Of a stretch of 54,864 nt of DNA, positions 48,161-54,864 are shown piece by piece; within the stretch, counting starts at the first letter, position 1; each line of letters begins with the position of its first letter. Source of the stretch: Phoronis australis (Eukaryota > Animalia > Phoronida); the NCBI GenBank assembly GCA_002633005.1, contig NMRA01001051.1:1-54864 (forward strand), given 5' to 3'. The translations under genes and the position numbers were made by a program. A model generated the notes under the pieces. That model worked only from the letters and a program-made list of their open reading frames with translations. It did not search any database and was not told the origin of the DNA.

Positions 48161-51100
48161 ACCTTAAAACTATTTTTAAATAACCGTGTCATCTTGAAAT
48201 TTCGTATTTTGCCTATCGGCGATTAGGACGTTGGTGGACATGGACAGGGGTTTAGCGCCACCTACAGATCCCACGTAATGCGGACATGAGGTTCAACCTA
48301 CTGGTACACGTGAATGCATTAACAGCTGCCTGGTATCATTATTCTGACAAATTTCTTCCCCTTAAGAAAAGGGGAACCTCTTGCAATACCAAAGGTGAAG
48401 GACATCATTCTCCACTGGGAAAAAGAATTGCGCAAATAAATGAACAAAGGCAATCGGGCGGTGACTGAACGAGATGGAGAAGTCTACCACCCGAAAGTAA
48501 ATTAGTGAAATTAATCTAATCAAAGAACAACAGGGTTAACAATGTAATTTACTGTTTTGTTTTAATACGATGTACCACTATGTACGTAGTAACTCAAAAG
48601 TCTCTGTCCACCGATTCTCAGCCGGTATATTTGAAGCGGGTGTCGCTTTCGCATTGCCCTTATTCTAGAGAGCGCCAATGATGAAAAGTCCGCTGTTCTG
48701 TCTAGTTTATTTGGTTTAGAAAACTACTGTACATGGCCATCGTACAATGTTGGATTTTCCCAGAATTAAAATCTACATTACTGATATCGATTTGCCACTG
48801 CCTAGTAACGCTGTGATGAATCCGGTCAAAAACAAAAAGTATTGCATGTGTTAATTCGTGAATTGTCTAGTTCGTGTTGTCTAGGTTTAAAGTATTTATT
48901 GTGCCGGTGTGATCAATTTTGCGTTTACCCGGTAAAGGTGTCTTTCATGGAATCGATTTCTTTAGAAACGTCCCAATGCTTGTTTAAATTGAAATCCACA
49001 GGTCTAACTATCTAATGTTTTCACACAATACGTAAACACGTAATCAACATTAGAACCTTTAAAAGTCGTCTCCTTGGCCCAGAATGACAACATCATGTAC
49101 AGCGAAACCTCCGAACTCAGACTGAACTCTGCATCGAACTCAAAACTTAATCTTCGCGTTGCATTAATCGAGTGCACTAGTTCAAAGTTGTATTTCGTCT
49201 TGTTAACTGGCTAAAAATCGAAAATTGGTTTAAGACTTTTACTCGCTTTAAATTGGTCCTAGCATTCCTTACAGTGGTACAAAACTACTTATGGGACCAA
49301 CAAAATCATCGAAACGATCAGTGACTCATAAATTGCTTCAAACTTTGTTGAGGTTGGCCACCGTTAAATTGTGAATTGGAAAACGATGCGTGTATGTATT
49401 GCCTGTGAGGGACTTCAGTTGGTAACAACAGTTGAGTTCTACCACGATCAAGTATTGATGGGGCCGATTCTGTGTGAATGAAAGGCATAATTCTTATCTT
49501 TAACCAACTCAATGAGACGAAATCCATCTTTCACCTCCGAAATTGCACGCTAATTCCTTAACTTTGTAATTCCTAACAGTAAAATTTGTTAGAAACACAA
49601 AATATAGCGTCGATGTGAATATGAAGTACATGTACGTTGAACATTGACAAATGTTTTTAAGAACGAGTTTTGTGGCAAAAATGATCCGCCGTAATTCACT
49701 GGACCGTGTCCATAACGTGGTGTTAGGGAATAACACTGCATGATGCGGGTTATACATGTATGAGCCTCCAAGGTACGTCAGTAGCATTGTCGTTTAGTTC
49801 ATGTTATACATCTGCATAGTTAGGAGCGTGTAAATTAAATATTCAAGTTTACTTGAAGCTTGACCTGCAAATAGAGATCTCTTATTAAATCGAGCGTCTA
49901 TTACAGAGATTAGACCTCGGTTCCTAATCAGAACACCATTCGGGTTTCTATGGGAATCTATTTACGGTACAAGTTGACCAGGTAAGCAAATTTGTACTAT
50001 TTCACGAGCAGATCGGTAAAATAAATTGATATTAACTATTTACTCGACCGAACATTCAACGATCTCACTTGCTGATACTTGTGTCTTGTTGGCCAAATAA
50101 TCAGATAGGTGCTATGTACAAGACTAATTTGTCAATGATTTCCTTGGCTCACACAACACCACATACATCCTTGATGGAAGAATAGTGATATTGTTCGTAT
50201 TCATCCCACAAACTTCCCGCAGTCTCATCGATTAGTAACATCAAAATCTTGGCGGCCAAATAGCACGATTTTTGCTATTTACTCGGTAAACTTGGCATCA
50301 TCAGCCAGCATCAACGCCGTTACACTTTGTCGGCAAAATAGATTTCTGCTATTCACGTGACAAATTGGCATGGGTCATAACGTCAGAATATTGTAGTACA
50401 GTATTTCCTAAATAATTAGGATACTTCTTTTTCGGCGGAATAATTTGAGGTTTTAGCAGCAAATTGGAATGGAAAATTATATTTGAAATTGGTTAGAGTT
50501 TGGTTTAATCTAATGAAATTTCCCAAGGTTTGTGCTTTGAAGACACGAACTAGGCATGATGATATTCAAAATGAAACCCATCGTATACATGTACGCCCTT
50601 CAATTACATGATTTCTATTGGATTTTCGTGAGCCTAAGTAAATAATGCAATTAATCTCGTAGCTGCGTTTTTCTTTCTTGGACTCCAATCAAATTAAGCA
50701 CAATTCTCTATAAATTGTCGGTTAAACCGTTCGAATTCAAGAACGTCGTTTGCTTCACTTAATCGTTCTTAGCACAGTAAAACTGATCGGTCATTTCATG
50801 CCATTCACGGTGACTCTGAAAATATTTTCTTAGTGAGACATCGGCCTTGTTCCGTAACCACTTCAAAGCGTAATGTTATGACATTACTTTGTCCAGTGAA
50901 TGGCAAAAATAATCTTACTTGATAGACAAGTTTGTTACGTCACAACCATTGACCAATGAGGTCGCCGATGACTTACAGGTACGTGTACGTCTGCCATGTG
51001 AATAACAAAAAGTCGGCGTAGCTGACCGACATGTCTTGTTTATTATCACTTTCTTCGCCGCAATATTATCTTAATCGATCAGATATGTGTGTTATTCGCG

Positions 51101-54100
51101 TGTGACGTTCAACTTGATTTTTTTAAGTTTCTGATCACCACTGACCTAGACCCTACACTTCTTTCCAAGTATTCAGATCAAAAGCTCTATCATGCAGTGC
51201 CGTATCATCCACATACAATCGCGTGAGAACTATGGTTGCGTACATATTGGACTCTATTGGTCATACGGTGTATTTAGCCAAATTTTTATAAACTATATAT
51301 TTTAATCACTAAAACATCATATTTTCGGAATGTAGAAAGCCTATCCGGTTTGGTATTGGCCTTTGTATCAATCTCATTCGGTCACCCATTTCTGAGACTA
51401 TAAAGCTCCGAAGTTTGCCAAATTTTTACGTCTTTCTATGATCCTACGTAACGTTAATATTTCTATGGATTCCGTTACTTAACAGTGACCTCTGGCGATT
51501 ACTCTGGGATAATATAAATGTCTCATGACTTTAGAGGTTTTGACGTGTATATGTAAAAGAACATATTAATCGCAGTGGTCGAATGCCATTGACGTTCTTT
51601 TCAACAGTACATACCAGAACTCCGAAATGTTATATTATTAAAACTGAGACACGGGTAGTAGTACATGCGCATTTGCTTACTTGAATACACCTCTGTGGCA
51701 TTCAACGTGGACGTGTACATGTAAATATCGTCTAATAGTAATCATAATTTTCGTTTCCGAATGTTCGTAAGTCGTTGCTCAGCTTGGAATTTTCCGCGGA
51801 AAGGCGGATTTCCACTTTTTTCAAATGTTCTGTCCGCGTATTTTATTATATTTCCGCGTAAAAAAATCTGTAATGTTCTTTTGACATTTTACGAATCTGA
51901 CAATAATTAGACAATATCCTTTTAGTAAAATGTGACAAAAACGAGAAAACAAATAACAAGCCGACGGTATCAATAACATTGTCAAAGTTCGTTTAATTCA
52001 CTTGTACAGTTGGAGGTGTTCAAGATGAAATATTGAAAGTGCTTTCTAAATCATCATTTTGTTTTATACAATTTTTGAGATTTTTTTCTGAAAATCATGA
52101 AACTCCAAGTTTAAAAACACTCCTGTAATTCATAGCATCTAAAAGTTTGGTACGGAACCGACTACCGACTTCAGAGACACGATGTTTTGGGGAAATTTTG
52201 ACGTTTTTATTGTCCTACTTATCCTCACAAAATATGAACTGTACATCTTGTTAACTCATCTGAGACACGGTCAATCGAAAACGTCAAAATTGCTACAACG
52301 TGGCACGAACAGTTACATAAAACTTTGATCGTTATTATTGATGAGGTCAATTTACTTATTTGCCAATGTCCAGGGAATGGCGGTTAACGTTCAATGACAA
52401 GGTGATTAATTTATTCACGGAAATTCATATTTTACCGAGTTCGGCAATATCGGTGAGACCTAATTGAATGTCAATTGCCCTTGGAAAAGTGTTGTGATAT
52501 TTATGTACCTAATTGAGTTGGTCAATGCGTTGACGCGGTGGTCAATAACAATCATTAACGTACAAGTGTGGTCTCACAACTAGTCCTCCAGGCAAGATAA
52601 CTGTCCAGGAACACAGGGTCAACGTAGTCTGTAAGATACACTTCTGGAATATTTGCAGAGACAAGGCTTTGCTTAAAAAAGAAAGGAAACCGTAAAGTTT
52701 CTTCCATAAAGCAACACTTCCCATGGCGTTCGCCAGTATTACACTCTCTGCCCGTAGAAGAGCTCTCGAGAGCAATGGCAGCTTGATTGATCCCAACAGA
52801 TGTGGTAGTAGTTCATTAATTTAAAAGATGAAGAGCTGATTCCACTGTCAGACCCTGCCATTGTTTCTTTAGTTTAAATTCACTAATCTAATTTAGCTTG
52901 CTGGCAACGGCTGGGATCGAAATTCCCACGCTTTATCAGCCGCAGCCTCCGTCAGAGTGGCTTTGTCGGCGGAGACTTCTCCGCAGTGGATGGTTTTGGT
53001 CGGCGTATACTACTCCGCAGTGGGAAATTTATGGAACGTGATGTCCTTGTTCATCCATTGATATTTCAGAAGAGTTGCCTTTTTTGTAAGCCAGAAGTAC
53101 ATGTACATCCGACGGCAGAGCATGGAAATTTGTAGGCCGGAAAGGTGTTGAAGCGCTGTTCATGACAGGTTGAAACCTCCCGTCCGCATTACTTGGAACC
53201 TGTAGGTGGCGTTAACGTTATGGCGACTAGAGTTAGTGAATTTCAATTTGGCTCGCCTGTTTCGAAAGCCAAATCTGCGTATTAAATTAAAGGACTAGAT
53301 TTTGAATCATGATAACAAAATGCCTGTAGAAAGAGAGTGTTAATTTTTTACCAATCTGCTATGAGTGGGATCATATGAACCTTTCTTTTTAGTAACTTTA
53401 GGAAAAAGGTACCCTGATTACAAAACAGTGGCAAATAAACTGATCAAATTTGATGACATGAATCAAGGTGAGATCTCGAAAATGCTGATACAATTATCTA
53501 AAATATTTTTTCGTTGAAAAATGATTTCATAAAAATCATGAAAGTCCAATGTTTTATAGCGCCTAATGCAAAAATGAAACATTTTAAAACCAATCCCCAA
53601 TACCGTTGGAAAACAGGTGCATATGAGCAATCTGAAACGTCCATGCGAATACGATCTCTCATTTCAGAAGTATGATGTTCCGAGGTTACCTAAATTTGGA
53701 CAATTTAGGGTGTTACATATTCATAACCTTAACCTCTTATTTATTGTTTCATGTGACAAACAAATATAACCAGCTGCGGCTATCAATGTGCCATGTAGCC
53801 GCAATTTTTCAGTACGTTAGTAGCACCAAAGACGTTAACAAGACCGCCGCCATTATTGTGTCGTGGACCGTGGCGACTTCTAGCGGGTGTGTGTGTATGC
53901 TCCAACGAAGTACGCGAGGCGTCGAGCTATCATAGCTGATTTAAGTTTGTCAAAATTAAAATTTTGAAGCGTATTTGTTTAAGATATTGAAAACAAAAAT
54001 ATGAGCAGTGTATAGGAAAATACATATAGGCAAAATCTAGAGAAAATTAAAGAAAACATTTTGGCTGCAAAGGCAATATAAATTACTAAAATTACATCAT

Positions 54101-54286
54101 AAGCAAAACAGTGATTGAGTAATCAGAGGAGAGCAGGTGGAAGTATTTGATTGGAAATAGCTTTCTGCCCCCCCCCCCCTCCAATATTCCAGGTGTTGAT
54201 TTCAATTAATTAACAGACTGCTTTGAAATAAAATTGAAAAGACAACAGACTCAAACGCTTCCTACGCCAATGTCCTTTTACGCCAT

Positions 54287-54619
54287 CAGTGGCGGATCTA
54301 CGGGGGGGTTCAGGGGGTTTAAACCCCCCCTCGGGCCAGGACCCAAAAATTAAAAAAACAAAAAACAAAACAAAAACGTCTCCAGCAAAACAAAAACGCC
54401 GACACCGCCAGCGTGTGTAAACCCCAAGTAAACCAACCTGGAAAAAAATGAGGGGGGGTTCACTCTGAAAATATATTTTTTGCATTGTGAATTGCTGTTA
54501 TGAAAATCAACGCGTTTCGAGTCTTCGTGGCTCATCGACAAAACCCCGGAGATCAATTGTGCGCGCGCTTCCGACGACACTTCTGAAGTAGCCAAGCATT
54601 TTAGATGGATCCACCGCTG
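54287..54619. mobile_element. Small hAT-like MITE (CAGTGGCGGATC termini)
   Basis: cagtggcggatct ... ggatccaccgctg with subterminal gggggttcagggggtttaaaccccc; a related terminal fragment lies at about 18062-18100. Confidence 0.6.
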
Positions 54620-54864
54620 AAAGAGCAGCTCTATAGCTGATTTCTTTAGATAACTAGCTTCTTTACTCTAAGATATGTTTTGATTTGATTAGGGAAATAC
54701 TGTGGTGCCCCAACCCTGATATTCAGGCGAATTGACGTGCAACGTTTTTACCTCATCTGTCATGCCGTGTCATCGTATTACACCCCACACGTTTGAAACT
54801 CGAATTTGAGTGGTGTACAGTAAAGTTGTCTTGCGCAATATCATACGGTGTACATGTACATGTA

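Noticed and set aside
48200-54864. Short ORFs such as 49509-49787, 52542-52796 and 53672-53935
   Set aside because: No recognisable motifs, no paralogy and no consistent splice pattern; treated as intergenic.

Overview
AT-rich eukaryotic (probably marine invertebrate) genomic DNA; most ORF-track entries are spurious, and the real coding signal is a set of short GT-AG exons on the minus strand. These exons build two tandem paralogous genes for a predicted secreted mosaic protein: signal peptide - PAN/Apple-like domain - short Cys-rich module - CTHRC1 C-terminal-like domain - fibronectin type II domain - two more CTHRC1 C-terminal-like domains, with no collagen (Gly-X-Y) segment in any exon found. 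Gene A (40613 down to 18576) reaches a stop codon but has a 1-nt frameshift in an A9 run in its signal-peptide region and lacks one expected linker exon near a single N in the assembly. Gene B (8932 down to at least 1965) is intact as far as it can be followed and probably continues past the left edge. Introns and flanks hold two decayed LINEs, a tRNA-derived SINE pair, several MITE families (TTAA-flanked, 9-bp-TSD, GC-rich TIR), a foldback with a Penelope-type hammerhead-like motif, a 17-bp minisatellite and isolated hairpins. Nothing codable was recognised in about 48.2-54.9 kb. All exon boundaries, alignments and counts were done by eye.
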